NCBI RefSeq assembly: GCF_030684315.1
Contig: NC_081358.1
Span: 69,935,817 to 69,999,816, forward strand
Length of the DNA stretch: 64,000 bases
From: Stegostoma tigrinum
Taxonomy: Eukaryota
Direction: 5' to 3'
Shown one piece after another: positions 26,230 to 39,002 of the stretch. A program made the position numbers and the translations under genes. The notes under the pieces are model-generated. The model was not told the DNA's origin. It saw only the letters and a program-made list of their open reading frames with translations, and searched no databases. Position 1 is the stretch's first letter, and each line of letters begins with the position of its first letter.

Positions 26230-27310
26230 AAGATAGAAAAAAGGAGCAACAGTGGGCCACTCAGCCTAATGAGCCCGTTGCAGCAGTCAGTATGATCATG
26301 GCTGATCCTATATCTCAATACGGTATTCTTGTTCTCTCCCCATACTATTTGAGGCTTTTAGTGCCTATGCATTTCTTTATTAAGTATATTCTATGACTTG
26401 ACCACACAGCCTTGTAAGGTTGAGAATTCCACAGGCTCACCATGCTCTGATTAAAGAAATTTCCCCTCATCCCAGTCCTAAATGGACTACACATTGTGTT
26501 GAGACAATGATCTCCTTCTCAAACATCCCCTCTCTCAAGCAGGGGGAGCATCATCCCTGCATTGTTAGGCCAGCCCTGTCAAAAGTTTATGCATTTCAAT
26601 AAGGTCCTCTCTCATTCTTCTGTGTCCCAATACATGCAAAGTCAGAAGTCATATGACACCTGTTGGACTATAACTTGATGTTGTGTGACTTATAACTTTG
26701 CCTACCCCACTCCAACACTGGCACCTCCACATCATGGCTACCATTAAGTAAAGGCCTCTTCAACTCAGTCCGTCCTCAGAAGTCAATCTTGCCATCTCAG
26801 GAATCAGTATGGTGAACTTTTACAACATTCTGTTTAAGGCAAGCATTTCATTTCCTAGGTAAAGGAATCAAAATAATGCACAATACATCAGGTTTTGTCT
26901 CACCAAAGCCCTATGCAATTACAAATGTCATAAGACACCCTTTCTCCTGTACTCAAATCCTCTTGTGATGAAGGTCAACACACCATTTGCCTGCCTAACT
27001 ACTTACTATACCTATTTACTTCCTTTCGATGATTGATGTAACCAGGACTCATTGCAAATCAACATTTCTCAATCAATCACCGTTTAAAAATACTCTGCCA
27101 TTCTGTTTTACCTACTGAAGTGGATAACTTCACAATTATCCACGTTATACAGTGTCTGCTATGTATTTACCCACTCACTTAACTTGCCTAAATTTGAAGC
27201 CTCTTTACATCCTCCTCACCACTCACAATCCCACCTAGATTTATATTTTCATTACACTTGGGAAAAAATGACATTGGACTTCCTCAATAAAGCATTGATA
27301 TACATTGTGC
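26230..27310 (-). mobile_element. Old CR1 LINE 3' part
   Basis: CR1 3' UTR at ~26230 plus degenerate ORF2; interrupted at ~26641-26742. Confidence 0.75.
26641..26742 (+). mobile_element. Mini-PLE derivative (family C 3' end with short inverted arm)
   Basis: cctgttggactataac...gttgtgtgactt with inverted aagtcatatgacacc; related to 63860-63975. Confidence 0.6.
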
Positions 27311-28889
27311 CAGCTCGTAACACCATGTACCACCTTGTACCACCTTGTACTATCTTCAAATGGGCCTCTGAGGGAACCTACTCTAACTTTTGCTTTTATT
27401 CTTCCTCTCAAGTTCCTCTCTATTCATTTATACAGCAAGAGGACTCCTTTCTTCTCCTTCTCCATCCTAAACAACATCTTTTATTTTCCTAACCCACCCC
27501 ACTCTCTAACCTCTCCTGGGTTATTGGCTGCTGCGCTCCTAAAATTTGAAATATTGAAAGCTTATTCATCAGTGCTTATGTATTGGTTATTGTAGGTTAT
27601 CTGAAATAGAAAGCATGTCACTTCGTAAAGCTATGTTGTAGCTTTTGGCAATCACTGTCTTACAAATGACTGTAGTCAGTTGGTATCTAAATATAAATGA
27701 CATTATTTTGTTTGCTATTATAATGGAGTACATTCATTTTAAGTTGGTAAAATAGGCTAATTTCATTGTTAATGTGGTGGTCAGGGGTCAGTCATATTGG
27801 GTTAATTGAATGATTAATTCAGTTTTTTATGTTTACACAACTATAAGTAACATGTACGTTATCATTTTGTTAGAGATTGGTAGAATTTATTCTTTATTCA
27901 TTCACGGGATGGGGGCATTGCTGGCTAGGCCAGTATTTATTGACCACTCCTAATTGCGCAGAGGGCAGTTATGAGTCAACCACAATGCTGTGTGTCTGGA
28001 GTCACATGTAGGCCAGACCCCCTAGGTGAGGATGGCAGTTTCCTTTCCTAAAGGACATTAGAATCCAAATAGCCTGCATCACAAATAACTGCTATTGCTG
28101 ATACATATTTTGTATACTAATGTTTATTTTCAATGACTGCAAATAATAGTAGTTCTCATAAGATGGTAACAAAACAATTACTGTAAATGTGGTTTTCTAT
28201 TGGAACAAATAGGGGTGATATGTATTATACTTGTACTTTACAGAATATTTTGTTACCAGTGTAAATATAAGGCCCACTAAGGGCAATTTTAATATTATTT
28301 GAACTACATATCAAAACTTATTTTCAAGTTTTTTTCAGTTGTGAATGTCACATTTGTTGATAATGAATACTCATGCATCATATGACACAAACCATTGCAA
28401 TCCTCATCATAAAACGGTTGTTTAGATTTTTTTTAGCAAAGTGTGCAATGAGAGTGAAGTAGACTTTGGTCTTTTTGTGGCATCAGCCTGTAATACACTG
28501 TAACAATATAAAAAGATGTTTGTTTTAAAACAGCTGTGTCCTTCCCTTTTGAGCTTTTCGTACCAGTTGGCCTCATAATTTTCAAAAGGCAATCTGTACT
28601 CCTCCCTGTTCTCTAAAATCAAACACAATTACTTTGAAACTGCCCATGGCAGACTACGGTTTTAAAAATGTGTTTACTATAGTGTAATGGCAGTTTTCAA
28701 TTTACTTAGCTGTGCACCAAACGTACCATAAATCAACGGCTGCACAATATATGTTCATGGGGAGACACAAAGCACATGCTTAAAAAATACAAAATATCAA
28801 GCGTGTAATAAGGATATTTAAATCAGAAGGAAAAATACAAAAATTGAGATAAACACAGAAATCTGTGTACAAAACTAAACAATTGTTGG

Positions 28890-29390
28890 CTGGTTACAAT
28901 ATGTAGAGAGATACCTTGGCCTATTGTGTCCACACTGGCTGTCTATATTCATTACCTTGCTCCACTCCCCCTCCCTGTAGCTTGCTGTTTTTTTTATCTC
29001 TAGTTGCTTATGCAATTCCCTTTTAAAAGTCACAACTGAGTCTATCTCCAGAACCTTCTCAGATAGTGCATTACAGATCATAGCCACTCACTGCACAAAA
29101 ATATGTTTTTTTTCCTTGTCAGCTTTGATACTTCTGTCAATCACCTTAAATCAGCATCCTCCAGTTCTTGACTCCTGCTCTAATGGGAAGAGTTTCTCCC
29201 TATTTAGTCCATCTAGACTTCTCATGATTTTGACCACCTCTATCAAATCTCCTCAAACTTCTGAAAGAGGAACACCAGCAGATTCCCTAGATTGTCTTCT
29301 TAACTGAATTCCCTCATTTCTGGAAAATTGTTAGTATGTCTGCACCCCGTCCAAAAGCTTCATATCTTTACTAAGTGTGGTGTCCAGAAT
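28890..29390 (-). mobile_element. Old CR1 LINE 3' fragment
   Basis: ORF 28875-29087 (ICNALSEKVLEIDSVVTFKRELHK) is the CR1 ORF2 terminal motif. Confidence 0.7.
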
Positions 29391-29772
29391 TTTTATTTTA
29401 CATGTTCTTTCATTAGATATAGGCATTGCTGGCTATGCCAGTATTTGTTGCCCATCCTTAATTGCACTTGAAATGGTAATGGTGGTGAGCTGCCTTCTTG
29501 AACTGCTACATTCCATGTGATGAAATGACTCCCACTGTGGTCATAGAAAGGGAGTTCCCGGGCAATTTTTGTCACTCTCTCAAGCTCTTTTTTGGATTTT
29601 GAGCAGATGGCCCTTATTAGTACCTAGCCACCGCAATGAAAATCCAAAGATTCAGGCAGTTTCTCACAATTTGAGTTTATAGAGTTGAGATTTTTTTTTG
29701 GACATACATTTCCCAACTCAGGATCGAATATTTAGCCTAATACTTCAGTTGATGTTGAGCCAGTGTTACGTA

Positions 29773-31155
29773 GAAACATAAAAAATAAGAGTAGGAGTAA
29801 CTCATTCAGTCCATTGAGCCTGTACTGTAATTCAATATGATCATGGTTAGTTATCCAACCCAGTACCCTGTTCCCATCTTCTTTCTAAACTTTTTGATCC
29901 CTTTAACCATAAGAACTACATATTTTGAAAATATTTAATGTTTTAACCTCAACTTCTTTCTATGACAGAGAATTCCACAGGCTCACCTTCTTTAGGTGAA
30001 GAAATTTCTCCTCATCGCAATCTTACATGTACTACCTCATATCATTAAACTATGATCTATTGCTTTGGTGTCCTCAGTCATGTGGATTATCCATCCTGTG
30101 GTAGACAGGGGTCAGTCATGTAAATTAATTGAGTGAGAATTATTTAAGTTTCTATGAGATTCCCTTCTCATTCTTTGAAATTGCCATGAATATAGTCCTT
30201 ACAGATCCAGTGCCTCCTCTTATATAAATCCTGCCATCACAGGAATCAGTCTGGTAAACCTTCAATGCACTCCTTTCATGGCCAGTATGTCCTTCCTCAG
30301 ATAATGAGACCAAAACTGCATGCACAATTCCAGGTCTCACCAAAGCCATTTACAATTGCAGCAAGATATCCCTGCTCCTGTACTTGAATCCTCTTGCTAT
30401 GTAGACCAATATACCATTGAGATCTTTGCTGCATGCTGCACCTGCATGCTTACTTCCATTGACTGATGTGCAAGGACATCCAGGTATCAGTGCAGCTGCT
30501 CTTTCCAAATCTATAATCTGTGTTTGCTAACAACATAGATAACCTTACATTTATCCAGATTATGTTTAATTTAATATGAATTTGCCACTTACTTGGGGGA
30601 GATGATTACCTGCTGGAATTATTGCTGGACTGTTAGCCCAGAGACCCAGATAATGTTCTGGGGACCCAGGTTCAAATCCCGCCGCAGCAGATGGTGGAAT
30701 TTGAATTCAATAAATATCTGGAATTAAAGAGCCTAATGACAACCACGAATCCATTGTTGATTGTTGGAAAAACCTATCCGATTCACTCATGTCCTTTAGG
30801 GAAGAAAACTCCCACTGTTACCTCGTTTGGCCTACATATGACTCCAAACCCACAGCAACATGTTCGACTGTTATGGGTAATTAGGGATGGGCAATAAATG
30901 CTGCCTGGCCAGCAATGCCCTCACTTTGCGAATGAATAAAAAGAAACTCTACTTGTCTAAATGACACTGAAGCATCTCTACATCCTCCTCCCAGTTCAGC
31001 CTCTCAACCAGCATTGTGTCATCTGCAAACAAAGAGATATTACAATTAGTTCCTCATCTAAATAACTGGTGTCCAAGTACTGACTCCTGCAGTACCCCAT
31101 GAGTCACTGGCTGCCTCTCAGAAAATAATCTGTTTCATCCTACTTTGCTTCCTGT
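29773..31155 (-). mobile_element. Old CR1 LINE with a nested SINE
   Basis: agaaacata tail at 29773; ORF2 C-terminal remnants such as ALVRPG at 30152-30349. Confidence 0.75.
30596..30945 (+). mobile_element. tRNA-derived SINE, second family (LINE-type tail ...gggcaataaatgctg...gaataaaa)
   Basis: B box ggttcaaatcc at ~30669. Related minus-strand copies or tails at ~27891-28060, 29393-29560, 33275-33380, 43325-43672 and 45675-45990. Confidence 0.75.
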
Positions 31156-31499
31156 TTGTGTTTTTTAAAAGTTCATCATAACTTCCAAGATTTTGTACTC
31201 TATGCCTCAATAAGAGAAGTAATGTGCATTAAACACAGGGACTGATTTGCATTTTGAGTAGGCTGAGCAATTATTTCACTTATCCAAAATTCCTAGTGAC
31301 AGGCCAGCAATAATATGACATCCATGCTTTCTTGACATTTTGTGAGTGTGACACAAGTACTGAAGTTGGTCTCGAATGCTACTGACTGGGGATTGGAATG
31401 ATTTGCTGTAAGGTAACTGTAAATCCAAGGACCCTCTTGTGTGAATGGTTTGGTAGCTGTTTGAAGAATTTTTGTACTCTTCCTGGTCAGACAAAAGTC

Positions 31500-32585
31500 A
31501 GTATAAAAATAGAAATTGGGATGGTTTTTGTGAGGACGGTTAGTGAGGCTGCTCTTAATTGAGTATCAAAGCAGAGAGAGTATATGGTGTTTACATTTTC
31601 CATTAGCACCAGAAAATTGTATCAAGGTGCAATGTGCATTTGCTAGATTGCTTTTAAGTGATTAAAAATGAAATGTAATGTTAGAAAGTGAAACAAGTGA
31701 TGTATACTGCGATGGTCTGCATGAACATGGATTGCACAAAATCTTGCTACTTCTTGTGATATAAAAGTTCAAGAAGCTACATTGCTTTGTGAATGCCAAG
31801 ATACTGGTACAGAGCTAACAAAACAGCCTGGATGACCTCCAGTGCTTTTTTGGGTATGGGTCAAGAAGGTAGACAAAATGTATCAATGGAATAAAGGCGA
31901 GATTATCATTGTTAGTGGCAACTGCCACAGGAACCCTGACATCACTGGCCTCGAGAACATCAAGCTGATGTCGTTGCCTCCCAACACCATTGCCAAGTTC
32001 CAGCTTTGTGCTTCCAGGTTTGGAGGTAATTTGGTGACCTTTACTGAAGATAGCTGATCTCTCAAGTTATCAAGACCATCGATGAGCAGCATGAGGAAGG
32101 CATGGAAGATGATGATGGAAGCCATAACTGCCAGTGCTTCTCAACATTGGGTTCAAATGGTTTATGACTGAGTAAGAAACAAGAGCGAGGAAGAGCAAGA
32201 TGAGGTCAATAAACCCAGTGGTGAGGCTTTGTTTCACTTGCTTGTGAAAGGTAAGAATGAAAATGGCAGCAGAAACGGCCGTAGAAAATTATGCTGAGGC
32301 AAAAGAAACCATATACTGCACAAGGATCTGTCGGATGAGTCAATCAATAGATGTTTTGCATTCTTCAAATAAAAAGTTCTAGGACGCCAAATGACCCTGA
32401 AGCATCTGAAAACTTCAAGCCCACTAACCTAGTTGCTTCTGTAGTTGAAATCACAAAGGCTGTAGGGATATTCAGAAATTTCATCCTTAAACTTGAAAGC
32501 ATCAAAACCATGTTTATTGCATTGATGAATCATCTGAAGCCAACACACAAAGCTAAAAAAGATTACTAAGGTTTTTAAATCTAAT
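31500..32585 (+). mobile_element. Tigger/pogo (DDE_1) DNA transposon fossil
   Basis: Pieces read LLVI*KFKKLHCF, YRANKTAWMTSS, WVKKVDK...IIIVSGNCHRNPDITGLENIKLMSLPPNTIAKFQLC, RKAW and KKITK. These match pogo/TIGD motifs (NKKAWMT, DNCPAH, FLPPNTTSKLQP). Confidence 0.82.
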
Positions 32586-33390
32586 TCACAATATTTTCCA
32601 ATGCCTTTTATGGTGCAAAGTCATTCCCTTGAAATGTATGATCAAATTGAAAATAAAGCCATTTTCAGATATTTCTTGGTTTACTTAGTTTTCATGGAGT
32701 TTTAGCAATGATTGTCTTCTAGGGAAGTTGTGTGACAAAGGGGACTCTGAAGCCACTTTGGAGCATTGCATAGCCTAGATTTGGGATTGGGTTCCTTATG
32801 ATTTGACTCACTATGATTTCACTCTATTAGGAGAATTGAATATCCCCATTATTTAACTCTAACATGCTTGCACTCTAATTTATTTGTAAATCCCCTCTAG
32901 TCGGTGCCCTATAGACTTATACTGGGCAAAGTAATGTTGTCTTTATTATTTTTTAACTCAAATCGAATGTTAATGACTACATAGAATTACTGATGTTTAG
33001 TGCGTCTTGTGCATGAGAAGCTTAATTCCAGGACTTCTTGCTGTGGTTGAATCCAAAGAAATGTCTTCCTGGGCCATTTCAGAGTGTGGCTAAAAGCCAA
33101 ACAAGTTGCTGTGGATCTGGAGGCTATATGGTGGTATGCTTTAAATGTGGTTTCTCCCAAAATAGCTGGACCACTAATAGGTCAGAATGTCAAATGTATC
33201 AACAACTGACTGCACCCTGGCTTCTGGGATCACTGAGTGGGGGAGGGTGGGTGAGATCTGTCTTCTCTAATATTCATTAATAGGTTATGGGAATTCCTAG
33301 ATAGGCCAGCATTTGTTGCCCATCCCTAATTGTCCAGAAGGCAGAATAAATCATATTACTCTGAGTCTGGAGTCACACATATCACATATG

Positions 33391-33714
33391 GGGGTGGCAC
33401 AATGGCAGAGTGGTTAACGCTGCTGCCTCACAGCACCAGGGACTTGGGTTCGATTACAGCCTCGGGCGACTGACTGTGTGGAGTTTACACATTCTCACCG
33501 TGTCTGCGTGGGTTTCCTCTGGGTGCTCCAGTTTCCTCCCACAGTGCAAAGATGTGCAGGGTAAGTGGATTGACCATGCAAAATTGCCCATTGTATTCAG
33601 CGAGGTATAGATTAGGTGGGTTATAGGGGGATGGGTCTAGGTGGGATTCTCTGAGGTTCGGTGTGGACTTGTTGGGCCGAAGGGCCTGTTTCCACACTGT
33701 AGGGATTCTATATC
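33391..33714 (+). mobile_element. Full-length V-SINE (HE1-like)
   Basis: A box tggcagagtgg, B box ggttcgatt, V-domain gggtttcctctgggtgctccagtttcctcccaca and tail ...ctgtagggattcta. Confidence 0.9.
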
Positions 33715-33794
33715 ATATAAGTTGAATTACACATGGAATATTTCTGCAGCAACCACAAAAACGGAATAGAGATTCAGGATGGATAATACCCTGG

Positions 33795-33960
33795 TCTATA
33801 ATCTCAGGTGCAAGATCCAAGAGACTCCATTCTTCCCAGGGTCAGCCACTCCAACCAAGGAGGCATGGATGGAAGTGGTTAAGGAATTGTAGTCCCTCCA
33901 GGTTGCAGATGGTGCACAAAGAGAATGTGGTCTGGTGATGGCAGGAAAAGTGAGTTGTAA
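33795..33960 (+). mobile_element. Probable Harbinger accessory Myb/SANT-like gene remnant
   Basis: Reads ETPFFPG..PTKEAWMEVVKEL, similar to the LFP...TKxAWxEVAxEV helix of Harbinger Myb-like proteins; followed by gtgagt. Confidence 0.5.
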
Positions 33961-34018
33961 GTTTTCTAACATTTTCTGCTTCCATGTCCCGCAGTGCAGT
34001 TTTCCCCAAATTCTCATT

Positions 34019-34022
34019 TCTC

Positions 34023-34053
<31 letters not shown>

Positions 34054-34054
34054 T

Positions 34055-34104
<50 letters not shown>
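34019..34104. repeat. (TC/TCTG)n(AC)n compound microsatellite
   Basis: Directly visible. Confidence 0.97.
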
Positions 34105-34109
<5 letters not shown>

Positions 34110-34229
34110 TCGTGCATCTTCACAATAGCCCCTATCACCACCATTTCTGCTTCTCTCAACTCTTTCAAGGGTCATTTGTACTCGTCTGCTAACTACAAGT
34201 AGGAGAACACATTGACTGCGTTTCATAGG

Positions 34230-34587
34230 GTTTCATGGAATCACTACAGAGTGGAAGCAGGCCATTTGGCCCATCAAGTCCACACTGACCCTCTGAAGGA
34301 CATCCCACCTAGACCCATGACCCACCCACATTTTCCCTGTAACGCTGCATTTCCCAAGGTTGACCCATCAACCTGCACATCCCTGGACACTATAGGCAAT
34401 TTACCATGGCCAATCTGACTGACCTGCATAGCTTTGGATCATGGGAGGAAACCGGAGCATCCGGAGGAAATCCAAGCAGACATGGGGAGAATGTATAAAC
34501 TCCACACAGTTACCGGAGGGTGAAATCAAACGTGGGACCCTGGCACTATGAGGCAGCAGTGCCAAACACTGAGCTACTTTGCAGCCC
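34230..34587 (-). mobile_element. V-SINE (HE1-like)
   Basis: Reverse complement of the 33391 family. Confidence 0.85.
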
Positions 34588-35367
34588 TTTCTGCCCTATC
34601 ACTGGGAAACTAATCAATAATATTCAAAATTGCTGAAAAAGTATGGAGGACATTGGGTCTGCGTCCACTTGTGAGCCTGTCACATATGATTATCCATGAG
34701 AGTTACTACTTTCCAGTAGAGCTCCATGCCTGAGAGGTTGTTGCATTTATGACATGGACAAACTCTTCCAGCTTTTGATAAGGCTGTCCCATGCCTCAGA
34801 AAACTCTGGCACCTCTCACTCCTAGTCCATGAATTTTCACTTCATGTATGGCTTCTGAGATTCACTATCAAGTGGAGCCTAGCAGAAGCTATCCACTAAT
34901 GGAGATACTCCATATTTATCATTGCCTCACTCACCTGATGTTGCTCACTAGTGACAAAATGCTGCCCGATAGTTGTGACTATCTCTGTGCTGGTGGACAG
35001 GGTGTGTGACTCAGAAAATAGTGCATCCGTGGAGAAGATCTCAATAATGAAGCACATACTTAGGATTATTTCCAAGACATCAAGCATTTCAGAAGTTGAC
35101 ATGATCATTTATGAATGCAATTGCACAACTGAAGATAGTAATCAGATCCAATTTCATGATTACATGATGTTTCACTCGGTCTTTGTCATACCCTCATCTT
35201 TCCCATTGTAATTTCTTAGTCTGCTACCACTCAGCCAAACTCCACGATTTCCTTCTGCATTGACACTGGAATGTAATGGACGCAGCACACTTCGTTCAAC
35301 ATCTTTCCTGGGAGTTATAACTTCTCATTTCTGGCAATATGTTAAAAAGTTAGAAATAGAAGAGTTG

Positions 35368-35670
35368 AGCGACATGGTGGCTCAGTGGGTGACACTGCTG
35401 CCTCACAGAGCCAGGGACTCGGTTCAATTCCAGTCTCAGGTGACTGTCTGCCTGAAGTTTGCATGTTCTCCCTGTGTCTGCATGGGTTTCCACTGGCTAC
35501 TCTGGTTTACTCCCACAGTCCAAAGATGTACAGATCAGGTGTATTGGCCATGTTAAATGTGGGGTTATGGGGATAAGTTAGGGAGCTGAGTCTGAGTGGG
35601 ATGCTGTTTGGAGGTTTGGTGCAAACTCAAAGGGATGGATGACCTCTTTCCGCACTGTGGGGATTATATG
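35368..35670 (+). mobile_element. V-SINE (HE1-like)
   Basis: Head ggtggctcagtgg, ggttcaattcc and the V-domain. Confidence 0.82.
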
Positions 35671-35859
35671 AAATACATTATGAAATACATGCTCTTCCTT
35701 CAGGAATCAGATGTTCAAGGTCATCACTTTGGCCCTGAGCACAAGTGTTTTCTATGAAGTGACATTTATCTATGTAGCTGTCAGTTCTCTGTCTTTCTGC
35801 GCAGAAGCCTGTTTAGGAGGTGAGAGAATCATTATTGTGAGACTTGCAAGGCCTTTACC

Positions 35860-36090
35860 CTGATCATCATCAAGAGGTACTTGAAGCATCTAGGTCTTGT
35901 TCATGACAATGCAACTGTTGACCTCCTCAGCTACCTCCAGCTATGGCTGATTGCTCATTCTAAGAATAAGAAGACCATGAGAAATAAGACAGTCTAGCTG
36001 GTCTCCTCACCTTTCTGTCCTCCAGAAACGGATCCTGTGTTGTTCCCTCAGTACATCTGAGAATAGTACCCAGGAGATATTTGTTAATAG
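35860..36090 (-). mobile_element. Probable Harbinger accessory Myb/SANT-like gene remnant
   Basis: Minus strand reads ...FLEDRKVRRPARL...P*LEVAEEVNSCIVMNKT*M, matching RRPxRxTKxAWLEVAEEVNSxxxxxRTWxQ. Confidence 0.55.
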
Positions 36091-38028
36091 CCTTGTACAG
36101 CCCTTCCCTGTCTTGCTTGCATTTTCTAGTGAAGCCATTTTCGAATTGAAATAGTAGCAATCTCACTGCAAACATTGTGAACGTTGCTGGCAGGCTTTTA
36201 AAACTTCTGTGTTCATTCACTCTGCTGACTCGCCTCCCTGCTAGCCATCAATGATTCGATAGCAACACCAGAGGCAACTTTCTACCTGAATGCCTTTGGA
36301 AGATTAGTTTGGAAGGGCCCCTACTCTCATATCTAAGACTTCTGATCTAGAAGAAAAAATCCTGTCATGCAATTAACTAGGATGCTATGATTCCACTCTT
36401 TGTTTCCATGTTTCAAAACAGATAAAACATCAGATAAAAATACAGTATAAAACACATAAAATGCCTTTCAGACAGGCTCACATGCAAATGAGCTCTTATT
36501 GCAAGTGTGGATACTGCCAGCAATATATTCATTGACAAAGACACCATTCACAGAGATCTGGCAAGTCAGTGAGGCAAAAATACATCCAAAGGGAGGAGTT
36601 TTGAGAAATTTGTTTTAAATGTAACTTCAATAAAGTACTTTACATTTAATGTTTTCTCATGTGAGTTATTGGTATTTACTAGATGTTTAAATGTAAATAA
36701 TCAAGTTTATGGGGCAAATAAATTAGTTCAATTCTGGAAAATAATGTGATCCTGATTACCCAGAGTACTGATATCCATTTGGTCAAATTGACTTGATGCC
36801 TGCTGCGCAGACATTTAGCAGACTATGGAAAATATTGTCAGTAATTGCCTATTGTGTTGAAGATTCACTCATAAGGTATGTGCTAAGCTTTTTATTGCCA
36901 CAAAGAAATTGAGCTGCTTGTTAAAAAATAAGGCTTAAGTGCCTGAACACAACTGTGACAATAACATTGCTAAGGAATAGGCAGCATAGAAATAAAAACA
37001 GAAAATGCTGGATATCAGTAATCAGATAGCATCCATGGAGGGAAGCAGTTAAAATTTCAGGTCAAGAACCTTTGACCAAACCTCTCCACAATGCCAGAGT
37101 GCGAGCCTGAAGAGAGATGGGAGCCATTCCAGTGTAGTTACACAACTGTAATCTGTTTAGCAATGTGAAAATTTGTGCAAATATGCCTTATCCCTAAAAA
37201 AACAGAACACATCCAATGGCAAATCATAAACAAAATGATGAATGTTAGGCATAGTTGTAGAAGATAATCATTTCAGCTATAACTATATGACTATAGGAGT
37301 TCCTCAGGATAATTTCCTAGGCCTAACCATCTTCTGCTGCATCATCAATGACCTTCCCTCCAACATAAGGTCAGAACATTAAACAGCCCAACTAAGATGC
37401 CTGCTGTAATCTTCTGACTGGATTTAGCAGTCAGGAGCTTCTCAAAAATGAAAATCAGCCAGACTGTCTATGCCTCTTTTAATTCATGAAGGAACTAAAA
37501 TGTTAACTATGTATTATAAATTGTCATAGAGATTACATTTGTCCAAGAAAATGACCCTACACAATTGAATTTTAAGTGCACCTATCCTGCAACAAGTTAT
37601 GTTAATCATCTTCTGTTTAATCCGTAAAATGAGATATAGTCTGTTGCAAACCTTTGTCTAAATGGTAACCATTCCATGCCTCCGTGAAGGCTTGGTCACA
37701 TGATTCAAACAGTTCAGAACTGAACAATCTTTTAACCATACAATGATGAAATTGCAGTCAACAATGTTCTATATAGTATTTATTGATGATGCATTAATGA
37801 CTTTCCATTTAAGCTCTAGATTAGGCCATAGGCACCTGGTTATCTGCAAAGTAAATTTTTATCTGAGTAGTAATTAATTTGCTTTTGCCTAGACCGTGAA
37901 GCAAAGGATGTGTTTCAGCTATTCCTCAGGAAACCTTCAAAGACATTTTTGAATAAGCTAAATTCTGTACAACGCCTGAATTATTGGCTAATCTATCATC
38001 CCTAAAAAAGGTATTCCAGAGCACAGAC

Positions 38029-38161
38029 ATAACAAGGTGTAGAGATGGATATACACAACAGGCCAAGCAACATTGGAGGGCAGGAAAGCTGACGTTTTGG
38101 GTCTGGACCCTACTTCAGAAAAAAATTCTCAGATTCTGTACCATCTGCAGTTCCTATTATC
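38029..38161 (+). mobile_element. Mini-PLE (family A) with inverted arm and tail only
   Basis: TSD tccagagcacagac (38015-38028) vs tccagagtacagac (38162-38175); most of the tail-bearing arm is absent. Confidence 0.8.
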
Positions 38162-39002
38162 TCCAGAGTACAGACTCCAGCTTTCGTGTTTTGGGCTCCT
38201 TCTCAAAAAGAGGAACGTTGATAAACTAGTATTCTTTGGTTGTTAAGTTGTCACTAATTGAATAATCTATTTATTCTTTTCAATATATCTTTCCTGGAAT
38301 GTGGTTGCATGTATGCTAGTAATGCATAGAATCACGCACTCCCCACACCCCCATCCCACTCCTTTAAATCTAAGAGTGTTTGAAATAATCCCTACTTATA
38401 GTTTAACTTTAGAATGGTATTGTTACAGTCAACCCAAAGGTAGAGTGATGAAAATGCAATCTTAATCTGTTTACATGCAGATGTTGAGAATAGGGAGTGA
38501 TATTGATTTTAAATCTCTCAAACCTATTTGTAATAGTTACTTCCCTCCTGCCTCCCCAAAGCTTGTCCGTCTTCTATAAGGCACATATTAGGACTATAAT
38601 ATAATATTCTGCACCCCTTGGATGGATAGAGCTCCAACAACACTTAAGAAGCTGAACATCACCCATGCAAAGCATCTGGCTTGACTAGCACCTCATCCAA
38701 TACCTTCAACATTCACAAATGTTCAGCACTAATCACAGTGCCAGCAGTGTGTATCTTCTATCAGATGCATTGGAACAATTCACCAAGAGTTCTTAGACAT
38801 CCTTCCAATGTGATTGCTGGGTTAGTTGGTAGAGAAAAGTGTAGACCTTGTGTCTAGTATATTTACCATTAAGACAAAGGTTTGCCTTGCGGACAACAGA
38901 AAATTTACTTTGAGGAAATTTCTGCTCATAGATAGATGATTTTGAATTGTAAGAAAAGCAATGAAGAAGTGAATTTAATATTTCAAACCATCTTAAAGAC
39001 AT

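Noticed and set aside
33391-33465. Possible tRNA gene
   Set aside because: A/B boxes continue directly into the V-SINE body; no complete cloverleaf evident.
33796-34226. ORFs with CVCV/HTHT/ERER runs (also at 22690 and 40623)
   Set aside because: Translations of dinucleotide microsatellites.
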